Assembly (NCBI GenBank): GCA_044377005.1
Contig: JBILJV010000003.1
Coordinates: 9,778 to 73,777, forward strand
Length of the DNA stretch: 64,000 nucleotides
Source of the DNA: Bacteroidia bacterium
GTDB taxonomy: Bacteria; Bacteroidota; Bacteroidia; NS11-12g; UBA955
Direction of reading: 5' to 3'
The translations under genes were made by a program, and so were the position numbers. Positions 1 to 10,200 of this stretch are shown here, in pieces (positions within the stretch are counted from its first letter, which is position 1; each line of letters begins with the position of its first letter). The notes beneath the pieces were generated by a model, which saw only the letters and a program-made list of their open reading frames with translations, was not told where the DNA came from and made no database searches.

Positions 1-1155
1 TTGAAAACATAATCTTCTGCTAATTTTTCAGAAGTGTTTGGATAAATTAGAATTACTTTGTCTGTTCCTCTTCGATATGCATAACTAATCATTTGATAAA
101 TATCTGTCTGAGAAACGCCTTTTTTATTGTCAGTTGATTTTAAATCCCATCTTGGCTTATACTTTGTGTCGATAATTATTTTCTCTTTAGTCTTTTTATT
201 TGTCAATAAAATGTCGTGTTGTAAGTTAAATGTTTTCGGATTTTGATGAAGATATAGTTCCGATTTTTGAGATTCTATTTCAAAGTCCTTGCTAAAATGG
301 TCTTTAAGAAAACCTGAAATGAAATCTTCAAAAACATATTCCATAGGAAATAGCAAACTCCAATTTTTCATTTCATATTCAGCATGAGAATAAATCTGAT
401 TTTCAAGAATCATTTTACAGCATTGCATCACGTCATCATACTCGTCAAATAAAGTTGGTACTCTTATTTGATTCAGTTGATTTATTGTACAGGTTTGGTC
501 TTCAACTTCGTCAAGTATATGAATGATCTCATGAAGAATTCTTTGTGTTTCAGTTATTGTCGTTTGTGTTAATAACAGACGAACGCAATGTTTAATTATT
601 CTATTGACTTTATTGTCGTAAACGAAAGGCTCATAATCACAATCAATAAATTGTTGTCTGCCATATGTTAAGCTTGTTGTGTATCTATTAAAATTAATTT
701 TTCCTCTTGGTGTCAATAATGCCTCTTCTACTTCCTCATAGGCAGAATAAGGTTTTGCGGTTACAGTTTCGTTGATTTGTTTTCCGATTAAATAAATAAT
801 CAATTCAGGGAATCGGTCGATTTCAAAGTTGTCTAGGAAAGATTGGTTAAAGGGAAATTTTATTTGGATATAGCATATTTTGAAAAACCTTTGGGTAAAT
901 TTCTAAAGAATCATCATTGCAATTTATGAAGCCAACAAAATTATTTGCTTTAGCCTTTTCGCCATCAAAAGAAATAAAGGGTTGATAATTTGAGTTGTTT
1001 AAATTTTTTGTTTCTTGATTTTCATCAACCCAAAGGTTTTTATAATCTTGCCATAGGAAATGCAAGTATTCCTCAAGACCTTTTCTGTCTTTTACGGATA
1101 TCTGTTCACCATATTCAAATAGTGTAAACATTAACTTATTGGTTGAATAATCCAA
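1..1155 (-). pseudogene. mcrC: McrC-family nuclease subunit of a McrBC-type (type IV) restriction system. The reading frame is broken near 847 and the 3' end lies beyond the window.
   Basis: ORF 847..1155 carries a McrC-like N-terminal hallmark (NFVGFINCNDDSLEIYPKV). An internal ATG at 1131 forms a TAATG stop/start overlap with mcrB. My own translation of the minus strand 1..845 in the +1 frame is open throughout: QSFLDNFEIDRFPELIIYLIGKQ...RGKINFNRY...NRIIKHCVRLL...KIIIDTKYKPRW...QMISYAY...ILIYP. It includes a PD-(D/E)xK-like D-x-K-Y core and has no start codon near its beginning. Confidence 0.6.
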
Positions 1156-3797
1156 TCATATTTCTCAATGTCATATTTGATGCTCCACGAACTATTTTTA
1201 AATATTTCTTCGACAACTTCAGTTTTACCTGAAAAATATTCCATAAGAAGCGGTATAATTTTGTTTTTGATAATTTTGAATGTGTCAAGACCTGTCATAA
1301 AGTAGGCATGCCCAATTAGATAATCAGCCGATTTTTTACGAGAATATATTTCCTTGTTGATTTGTTTTAGCAATACGCCATCACTCTCTTTCAACTTACT
1401 ATAATCAGGGAAATATCCAACAAACTCAAAACGTCTCCTAAGAGCAATGTCGATAAGAGCAATTGATTTATCAGCGGTATTCATCGTACCAACAAGATAA
1501 AGATTTGGCGGAACGCCAAATTCTTTATCTCCGTTTGGCAATGTAAGTCGCAATTCGTTTTTTGCATCAATCCTTTTGTCTTCCTCCAAAAGTGTAATTA
1601 ATTCTCCAAAAACTTTTGAAATATTCGCACGATTAATTTCATCTATGATTAAGACAAAATTTTTAAGTTTCTCTTTTAGTCCGTTTCCAACTGGCTTTCT
1701 TTTTTCTTGTATAAGTTTTACTAAAGGATAATAATAAGCGGCAAGACCAGAAGTAACCTCTTTAATTCCTTCAACGACATCTTGAAGTGTTTGAATACTT
1801 AAAGTGTGCTGAGTACCTCCTGATGGTTTCATAAAATGAATTGTAGTGTCACTTACATCAGTGATTTTATATTTAAGCCCTGAAACCATTGTAATTTCTA
1901 TGCTTTCGTTTTTTTCTTCAATTGGTTTAATGATTTCATTGAAAACTTGGTTAAAAGATTTAGCCAATGTAGTTTGTTCTTTTGAAGCAAAATAATTCTC
2001 TCTAGCTTTTTTTGCTAACTCATAAAAAATTCCTTTGTAAGGTTTGAATCGTAAATGCTCAAACTCAATATCAGGTCTTATTCCAACCATAAAATCTTCG
2101 TAAGAATAGTTTTGATGAAAAGTAACGAATTCGATTTGTCCTTCTTTTTTTAACTTATCAAATAACACTTTGCTCTCCTCATGATTACTTTTAATACCAG
2201 TAACAATTTCAACTGCTTTGTCAATGCTATTATAGGTTTTACCTGTGCCTGGAGGGCCGTAAAGAATTGCATTAAGAGGATAATTCATTTCTGTATAACT
2301 TTTGTCTTCAATAATTGAGAATACAAAGTTTTCGAAATCTACATCATTGTATTTTCTGTAACCTGATTTTGATGTTCGGCTTAGCTCCTCATTAATAGAT
2401 TCTATTATGGTTTCCCATTCTTTTGTATTTGGAATAAACTCTTTGAAATACGAGTAGTAAGGTTGTGGTGGATTTCCTTCATAGGGTTCACTATTTTCTG
2501 TCAATTTTGCTTTTGAAATAACACCATAAACACCTCTCGTATCATTAGCATATAAATTAAAACAATAACGCTGTCCTACAATGAAGTTTAAACTATTATC
2601 TCTGATAGAATAGACAATACGTTGGTCTTTGTTTTTTATTTTTAAATCTGAAATTGTCTTACGAAGAAAATTAATATAATTATTAAAAACAGAAGTTTGA
2701 AATTTACTTTTTACAGATTCAAAATTATTTACATCATTAGGGTTGCTATTGAAAATGGAATTAATGTGGTCTTTATTTGTAACTTCTTTAATCGTTGCCC
2801 AATATCCGCCTGAAAAATTAACTTCAAATGGATTAAAATTATCGTCCCATTCTACGATTAATTTTTGACCGTCTTTTAAATTTTCCTTAACGGTACCAAT
2901 GGCTTTTATTGCCATTACAGATTTAGTTTTTTCTCTTGTGAAAGCTGCTTTTATTGCAATTTTACTTCCGACCGGAACTCCATTTACTTCCTCATTAAAT
3001 TTATCGTCATAACCATTTTCCCAAATACCGTTCTCTACAAATCTAGTTGTTTGGTCTGTCGGATTACTACCATCCCAGTATGCTCCAACTAGATAGTAAT
3101 TAATATTGTCTTTTCTACTACCTTTTTTATTTTCTCCATCAAAATAATTCCAAACAAAAGTTCCTGTTTTTTCATATGACCAATTTTTAAATTCAGGTAT
3201 TGCATCTATTGCTTTTTTACATTCGTAATTTATTTCAATTAGATTATTTGAATTTATTTCGATGTTTTCGAGATTAATATATTTTGCAAGGTCAATCAAA
3301 ACATTCGATGAACCAATGGTAATAAATTTATCTGGGTAATAGATGGAAATAATTTTTTGTAATATCATATTCCCAAATAGAATATTCATTTTTTTAATTT
3401 CTGAAATTCTGTTTTCAGAAACATACTTTAGCGCTAATATGATTGTGTTTTTTATAGAAGTAAAATAATCCTCTAATTCCTTTCCATTTAAGGTTTTCTT
3501 TTTTTCACCAAACCCAATTTGATATGAACCATCCTTTGACTTATACAAGCCAAATTTTGAAGCATTACCACCTCCAACACCAAATAAAATTACTTTGTCA
3601 TCAATTTTTTTAAACTCTAGCCAGTAACAGAAACTTTCTTTATCAGTACCTAAAACATATTGATCTAAACTTAATTCAGAGATTTTGTCTATTGGAAATT
3701 TAGTTACAAACTCAATTCTTCCTTTTTCTTTTGAATCAAGATATTCCTGAGGTATACTGTAGGTCTTAGCTTTTTCTTTTAGTGTTTCTATACTCAT
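1131..3797 (-). CDS. mcrB: McrB-family AAA+ GTPase (5-methylcytosine-type restriction subunit B) with a ~500 aa N-terminal extension
   Basis: Walker A is LYGPPGTGKT and Walker B is LIIDEINRANISKVFGEL. The McrB signature MNTADKSIALIDIALRRRFEF is present. An McrC-like gene follows directly downstream. Confidence 0.85.
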   Translation of the reverse strand: MSIETLKEKAKTYSIPQEYLDSKEKGRIEFVTKFPIDKISELSLDQYVLGTDKESFCYWLEFKKIDDKVILFGVGGGNASKFGLYKSKDGSYQIGFGEKKKTLNGKELEDYFTSIKNTIILALKYVSENRISEIKKMNILFGNMILQKIISIYYPDKFITIGSSNVLIDLAKYINLENIEINSNNLIEINYECKKAIDAIPEFKNWSYEKTGTFVWNYFDGENKKGSRKDNINYYLVGAYWDGSNPTDQTTRFVENGIWENGYDDKFNEEVNGVPVGSKIAIKAAFTREKTKSVMAIKAIGTVKENLKDGQKLIVEWDDNFNPFEVNFSGGYWATIKEVTNKDHINSIFNSNPNDVNNFESVKSKFQTSVFNNYINFLRKTISDLKIKNKDQRIVYSIRDNSLNFIVGQRYCFNLYANDTRGVYGVISKAKLTENSEPYEGNPPQPYYSYFKEFIPNTKEWETIIESINEELSRTSKSGYRKYNDVDFENFVFSIIEDKSYTEMNYPLNAILYGPPGTGKTYNSIDKAVEIVTGIKSNHEESKVLFDKLKKEGQIEFVTFHQNYSYEDFMVGIRPDIEFEHLRFKPYKGIFYELAKKARENYFASKEQTTLAKSFNQVFNEIIKPIEEKNESIEITMVSGLKYKITDVSDTTIHFMKPSGGTQHTLSIQTLQDVVEGIKEVTSGLAAYYYPLVKLIQEKRKPVGNGLKEKLKNFVLIIDEINRANISKVFGELITLLEEDKRIDAKNELRLTLPNGDKEFGVPPNLYLVGTMNTADKSIALIDIALRRRFEFVGYFPDYSKLKESDGVLLKQINKEIYSRKKSADYLIGHAYFMTGLDTFKIIKNKIIPLLMEYFSGKTEVVEEIFKNSSWSIKYDIEKYDWIIQPIS

Positions 3798-4048
3798 AAT
3801 TTTAATGTCATTATTAATATTGTTATTGTCTTTTTAGCCTGATCTCTAACTCCCTTATAGGTCTTATAAAATCAGTCTTATCACTCCTATTTTGGATGGA
3901 CAGTTTTGATTCGTGCAGGGTTTGTTTGATTGCTAGTTTGTGTTTGTTTTCTCACAAATTAAATCCATTAACTCTAAACAACCAAAAAAACCTATGATCC
4001 AAATTGGTTTTTTAGTGTAAAAATTGATGTAAAATCAAAACCGAAAAA

Positions 4049-5296
4049 TCAAAAATGGCTCTCTTCCCAAACCTGTACCAAGTGATGTAAAACCTCCACG
4101 GCTTTTTGCATGTCTTGTAAGCTGACATACTCTTTTCGGGAGTGTATCGCCATTTCACCTGTAAAGATATTGGGACAAGGCAAACCCATAAACGACAGTC
4201 TTGAGCCATCTGTGCCGCCTCTGATACTCTCAATGCGGGTTTGAAGTCCTGCCCTTTTGTATGCCTCCATGGCATTTCCCATTACTTGAGGATATTGGTC
4301 TAACATTTCGCGCATGTTTCGGTATTGTTCCTTCACTTCAATTTTATAGGTGGAACCCGGAAATGCTGCTATTGCTTCCTTGGCCAATTGTTCAATTCTC
4401 TGTTCATATTCTGCTAATTTTGAGGTCTCAAAATCTCTGATAATAAACTGAACAAACGTGGTTTCTATTCCTCCTTCAATATGCAATGGATGAACAAATC
4501 CCTCTTTTCCTGAAGTCGTTTCTGGACTCCAAGTATTTTGGGGGAATAACTCCACGAAATGTGAGGCTACTTTGATGGCTGAAACCATTTTATTTTTGGC
4601 ATATCCCGGATGAGCACTTATTCCTTCAAAAATCACTTTCATGCCATCTGCTGAGAAAGATTCGCCTTCCAAAACACCTCGCTCTCCTCCATCTAAGGTA
4701 TAGCCAAAGTCTGCCCCTAATTTTTTCATGTCTATAGCATCTACTCCCCTTCCAATTTCTTCATCTGGTGTAAATAATATTTTTATGGCACCATGTTTTA
4801 CTTCAGGATGCTGCATTAAATAATTCGCAAAATCCATAATAATAGCAACCCCTGCTTTGTCATCTGCACCCAATAAAGTTAGTCCTGAAGCAGTAATAAT
4901 GGTGTCACCTATTCTTTCTTTTAAGTAAGTATGTTCTTCTGCACTTAAAACCAAACTTTTGTCATCTTCAAAATGTATCAAACCGCCATCATAATTGTGA
5001 TGCACCACAGGTTTTACTCCCTTACCTGTTACATCGGGCGAAGTGTCCACATGTGAGCAAAAACACAATACCGGCACCTGCTTGTCTGTATTGGATGGAA
5101 TGGTGGCATATACATACCCGAATTCATCCAATTCTGCATCTACAATACCCATAGCATGTAATTCCTCCACTAATATTTTACTTAAATTCTTCTGTTTTTC
5201 AGACGAGGGTTGTGTTAGTGAGTTGGGGTCTGCTTCGGTATCAATTTGTACATATTTACAAAAACGGTCTAAAAGGGTATAATTCGATAAATTCAT
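4049..5296 (-). CDS. pepT: Peptidase T (tripeptide aminopeptidase, M20B family)
   Basis: 415 aa. The N-terminus LLDRFCKYVQIDTEADP, the CSHVDTSPD motif and the overall length match PepT. Confidence 0.85.
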   Translation of the reverse strand: MNLSNYTLLDRFCKYVQIDTEADPNSLTQPSSEKQKNLSKILVEELHAMGIVDAELDEFGYVYATIPSNTDKQVPVLCFCSHVDTSPDVTGKGVKPVVHHNYDGGLIHFEDDKSLVLSAEEHTYLKERIGDTIITASGLTLLGADDKAGVAIIMDFANYLMQHPEVKHGAIKILFTPDEEIGRGVDAIDMKKLGADFGYTLDGGERGVLEGESFSADGMKVIFEGISAHPGYAKNKMVSAIKVASHFVELFPQNTWSPETTSGKEGFVHPLHIEGGIETTFVQFIIRDFETSKLAEYEQRIEQLAKEAIAAFPGSTYKIEVKEQYRNMREMLDQYPQVMGNAMEAYKRAGLQTRIESIRGGTDGSRLSFMGLPCPNIFTGEMAIHSRKEYVSLQDMQKAVEVLHHLVQVWEESHF

Positions 5297-5388
5297 TCTT
5301 TCTAATTTTTACACTGCAAACCTAAAAGAAAAGCCCAAATAAATCACATCAAAATTGAAACTTTCTTAATTTTACTACATATTAACAT

Positions 5389-5396
5389 TAACTTTG
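5389..5396 (+). promoter_or_regulatory. Candidate Bacteroidota -7 promoter box (TAACTTTG) for the ABC-F gene
   Basis: Exact match to TAnnTTTG, 8 nt upstream of the ATG at 5405. Its last G is the G of the upstream GTG at 5396, which argues against that GTG as the start. No convincing -33 TTG lies at canonical spacing. Confidence 0.3.
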
Positions 5397-5404
5397 TGGC
5401 TTGT

Positions 5405-7276
5405 ATGAATTTACTTTCTGTTGATCAATTATCAAAAGCATATACTGAAAAATGGCTCTTTAAAAACATCAGTTTTGGTATAGCAAAAGGCGAAAAACTG
5501 GCATTAGTTGGGGCCAATGGCACAGGCAAATCGACCCTACTAAAAACCATTGCAGGCCTTATAAAGCAAGACAGCGGTGAATTACAATTGGCAAATGGTT
5601 GTAGTGTGGGCTACTTGCCGCAAGAACCTGAATTAGACGAAAACAAAACCATTCAACAAACCATTTTTTCTTCGGATAATCCAACGGTTAAAATCATCAA
5701 CGAATACGAAGCTGCCATTCTTGATATTGAAGCTTCAGGTGATAGAATGCAATTTTTATTGGATGAAATGAGCCGATTGGATGCTTGGGAGTTTGAAAAA
5801 CGATCCAAACAAATCCTTTCAAAACTAGGGATAAGCGATGTGGAAGTATTAAATAAATCATTGAGTGGTGGACAAAGAAAGAGAGTGGCATTAGCACAAC
5901 TTTTGTTGTTAAATCCTGATTTAATCATCATGGATGAGCCTACGAATCACTTGGACTTAGAAGCCATTGAGTGGTTAGAAAATTTATTAACTGCGCATCA
6001 AATTTCATTGTTAATGGTAACGCACGACAGGTATTTCCTTGACAATGTAAGCAATCAAATACTTGAACTTGACCGTGGTAACTTGTATATACACAAAGGA
6101 AATTATGCCTATTTCCTAGAAAAAAAATCAATGCGAGAAACCATTCATGCCGCAGAAGTAAGCAAAGCACGCAACCTGATGGTGAAAGAACTAGAATGGA
6201 TGCGCAGAATGCCGAAAGCACGTGGAACGAAAAGCAAAAGCAGAATTGAAGCCTTTTACGATTTAAAAGAAGTAGCCACTCAAAATTTGAATCAAAATGA
6301 ATTAGAAATTTCGGTTCAGACTACAAGATTAGGAAACAAAATCATTGAATTACACAATATTTCAAAGCAATTTGATGACTTAAATATCATTGAAAACTTT
6401 TCATACATTTTTAAGAAAAAAGACAGAATTGGTGTGGTTGGAAAAAATGGAATTGGCAAAAGCACTTTCTTGGATTTACTTACCCAGACTCAAGCACCTA
6501 ACAGCGGTGAAGTAATACATGGTAGTACTTTAAAAATTGGATATTACACTCAACACACCAATAACTTAAACAACGAAAACAGGATTATTGATGAGGTTAA
6601 AGAAATTGCTGAATACGTAACCTTGGGCACCGGAGAACAGGTAGTGGTAAGTAAGCTTTTAGACATGTTTTTGTTTCCTCCTAGCGTTCAACACACACCT
6701 ATCAGCAAGTTAAGTGGTGGCGAAAGAAGACGTTTACAATTACTGAAAGTATTGGTAAGTAACCCTAATTTCCTAATCCTGGATGAACCTACCAATGATT
6801 TAGATATAGACACATTGAATGTTTTAGAAGATTTTTTGAGTGAATTTGCAGGTTGTCTTTTATTAGTTTCTCACGACCGCTATTTTATGGACAACTTGGT
6901 GGAACATCTTTTTGTTTTTGAAGGAGAAGGTAAAATTAAAGATTTTTATGGCAATTACACCGATTACAAAGACCAAAAAACAGAACTAATTTCTGAATCC
7001 AAAAAAACAGAAACCAAATCGAGTAATGTTGCTGCAACAATTGCAGTGGAGAGTAAAAAGAAAAAAGCCAGTTTTAAAGAACAACAAGAATACAAAAATT
7101 TAGAAACAGAAATTGCACAACTGGAGCGTTTAAAACAAGAATTAACCGACAAATTAAATAAAGGCAGTAGCAGCCATTCCGAATTAGCAGAATGGGCATT
7201 GGCAATTGAAAAAACCAACTTGCAAATTGATGAGAAAAGCTTGAGATGGTTGGAACTGAGCGATCTATCTCAGTAA
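5405..7276 (+). CDS. ABC-F family ATPase (Uup-like; two ABC domains plus a C-terminal coiled-coil tail)
   Basis: Two Walker A motifs (GANGTGKST, GKNGIGKST), two LSGG signatures (LSGGQRKR, LSGGERRR), no TM segments, and a K/E-rich C-terminal helix. The track starts at GTG 5396; ATG 5405 is preferred. Confidence 0.85.
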   Translation: MNLLSVDQLSKAYTEKWLFKNISFGIAKGEKLALVGANGTGKSTLLKTIAGLIKQDSGELQLANGCSVGYLPQEPELDENKTIQQTIFSSDNPTVKIINEYEAAILDIEASGDRMQFLLDEMSRLDAWEFEKRSKQILSKLGISDVEVLNKSLSGGQRKRVALAQLLLLNPDLIIMDEPTNHLDLEAIEWLENLLTAHQISLLMVTHDRYFLDNVSNQILELDRGNLYIHKGNYAYFLEKKSMRETIHAAEVSKARNLMVKELEWMRRMPKARGTKSKSRIEAFYDLKEVATQNLNQNELEISVQTTRLGNKIIELHNISKQFDDLNIIENFSYIFKKKDRIGVVGKNGIGKSTFLDLLTQTQAPNSGEVIHGSTLKIGYYTQHTNNLNNENRIIDEVKEIAEYVTLGTGEQVVVSKLLDMFLFPPSVQHTPISKLSGGERRRLQLLKVLVSNPNFLILDEPTNDLDIDTLNVLEDFLSEFAGCLLLVSHDRYFMDNLVEHLFVFEGEGKIKDFYGNYTDYKDQKTELISESKKTETKSSNVAATIAVESKKKKASFKEQQEYKNLETEIAQLERLKQELTDKLNKGSSSHSELAEWALAIEKTNLQIDEKSLRWLELSDLSQ

Positions 7277-10200
7277 ATAAAATACTTGTTTTTCGTATTC
7301 CGCAACTTTTTTAAATTCGGTTCTAAATGTATAATTTACCTTGACAACGAAATAAGCATCCTGAATTAATTCACCTTGGTAGGTGCCATCCCATCCGAGA
7401 CTATTTATATCACCTTCAAATATTTTCTCACCCCAACGATTAAAAATCTCAAAAAACATTTCTTCTACCCCAAAAGTAATAGGCTTATAAAAATCATTTA
7501 CACCATTAGAATTTGGTGTAAATGCACTAGGCAGATATAATCTACAATTATTAGTTCTAAAACTCAAATGAATACTATCAGAAGCAACACCACAGATATT
7601 TTTTGCGGTAACAAAATATAAACCTGGTTTAAAGGCCAAATATTCTGCACTTCTCTTACCATCTTGCCAATAATACTCACTGTTCCAATTAGTTGCTTTA
7701 AGCAATAAAGCCTCATGTTTACAAAGCAAAGTATCATTTCCCAACTCAATTTCTGGAAAAGGGTAAATCTGTGTAATTTGACTAGAAGAACTTGTGCATT
7801 TTTCCACAGTAACAGTATATGAAACAGTATCTTGCCACAAAATTTCAGGTGAAAACAAATCACCATTAACATTATTACCCTCAAACAAACCACCTGAAGT
7901 TTTAGGTAGTAATTGAAAAGCTGGTTCATCATTACAATAAAATGGTTTTAATGAATTAAAACTAGGATCAGGCATAGGTTTAACCCTAATTGTCTTCTGA
8001 ATTGTATCTTTACAATTATAAATTGACACAGGCACCATTGTAACTTGGTATGTTTTAGCAATATTATAAGTTTTTGTAAAAGGGTTGACACTTGTTTGAT
8101 ATTGTTTATCGACGTACCAATTTACATTATTAACTCCAAAAGAATCTATAGAATTATCTTTAAAAATATAAAAATTACCCTCAATACACTGAACACTGTC
8201 ATTCACTGTAAAATCTGCAATTGGTTTAGGATAAACTCTTAAAAATTTATTTATTGTATCAATACAATTGCTATCTGACACCACCCTTAAAAATGTATTT
8301 TTTATCCCTGAACTGTAATTTTTGATGTTTACAGTGTTTTGCTGATTAAAAAACAAGTTATTAATCCACCATCTTGTTGAATCTATTTTCCCATACTTAA
8401 TTCTAGAAGTATTATTAAATACAAAAAACTGTTCATTTATACATTGGTTTGTATCATTGATATTAAAATTTGCAATAGGCATTGGATTTACAAAAGCCAT
8501 TTTTGAAATTGAATCTTTGCAATTATATTGGCTATTAACATAAAGCATAACTTGAAACTGACCATCCGATTGATAAGAATGATTAATATTTTTAACTGAA
8601 CTGGTAAAACCATCTCCCATTTTCCAAAAAAAAGAGATTTGACTACTATCAATACTAGATAAATTCTGAAATTGAAAAGAATTATTCCTTAAACATTGGC
8701 TATTATTTACAATATTATAATCTGCTTTTGGGTCGGGGAAAACAATTACTTTGATTGAATGCGTATCTCTGCAACCGTAATTTGACAAGGCACTTAAACT
8801 TACAAAATAATTTTGATGTTGTTTGTATGTATGTTCTGCATTTATAGAATTAGTATCGTTACCATCTCCAAAATCCCAAATATAATCTATCATTCCATGG
8901 CCAATTACACTTTTGTTTTCGAATATAAAAGAATTAAATCTTTGGCATTGATTAGTATCATTAATTATGAAAGAGGCAAATGGCTGTGGTTGATTAAATA
9001 TGGTTTTATAAGCTGTATCTCTACACAAATATTCAGATTCAGAAATAAGTTGAACCTCAATGGTATCTGAATAATTATATTGCCTTTTAAGAATAACTCC
9101 TGTATCAGAATCACCATCAGAAAATTGCCACTTTTCCGCAGTAGAACCATATGGAATTGATGAGGTGGACGTAATTTCAAAAAGATTATTATTTTCACAC
9201 TGCACACTGTCATTAATAGCAAAAGAAGCAATTGGCATTGGATGAACTATTAAGGTTTTTACGATGGTATCAAGACACTTAAAATCACTTTCCACAATAT
9301 ACGTCATAGTGTAAGTTCCCTCCGATTGATAATTTATATTAGTATCTTTATTGCTTGAATAGAGTTTAGAATCTTTATACCAAAAATAATTTATTAATTG
9401 ACCTTCATCAATAGAACTTGAACCTATTAAATTGAATTTATTGTTCAACAAACATTGTGCACTATCTGTTAAAATACTAACATTAGGTTTATAATAAACC
9501 CTATTACTTTTTCGTAAACTATCTTTGCACAAATTTTCTGAAATAGCCAATAACTCTATATCATAAATACCTGGTTTAGAATATTTATGTATAGGATTAG
9601 GAATTATTGATTGATTAGAGTCGCCAAATTTCCATACATAGCTTAAATTACCTTTATTTATCGTAGACAAATTTGTCATTTGATATTGCTGAACATTCAC
9701 ACATTGGTCAGAATCATTAATAGAAAATTTAACATTTGGTACTGAGTGTATTATTACGGAAAACAACGTTGTATCTTTACAATTTTGATTACTAATGGAA
9801 ACCAATTTATGACTCAATGTACTATCTTTAACAAATGTTCTGTTAACAACCTTTGTGGAATCTATTTTTGAATCGAACCAAATCCATTTGGATTTCAATG
9901 ACCCTTTTTTAATGTTACTTGAATCTAGAAATACAAAATTTTGAGCATTGAGACATTGACTAGGATTATTTATTCTAACCAAAGCATTTGGCATTGGAAA
10001 AACATTAACATCTATACTCATCGTATCTCTACATTCATTGATTGAACTTGACACTAATTTTACATTAAATAATCCATCGTTGTTATAATGATGTTGCGGA
10101 TCTTTAATATTTGAGGAATCAGAATCACCAAAAAACCAATTATATTTTAAATTCCCATCTTTTGAAGTCGAAAGATTAAAAAAACTATACAAATTATTTC

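Noticed and set aside
3975-4011. A possible pepT terminator (AAAAAACC ... GGTTTTTT)
   Set aside because: The stem is almost entirely A-T with a 13-nt loop, which is too weak to call.
4012-4275. An 87 aa ORF overlapping the 3' end of pepT in another frame
   Set aside because: It overlaps the conserved PepT C-terminus on the same strand. Its W/R/C-rich composition is atypical for this genome. It is spurious.
7265-7276. A 12-nt convergent overlap of the ABC-F and giant adhesin 3' ends with no terminator
   Set aside because: The overlap is real but unremarkable in compact bacterial genomes. There is no conserved structure. mnmE and the PBP gene likewise abut directly at 57124/57125.
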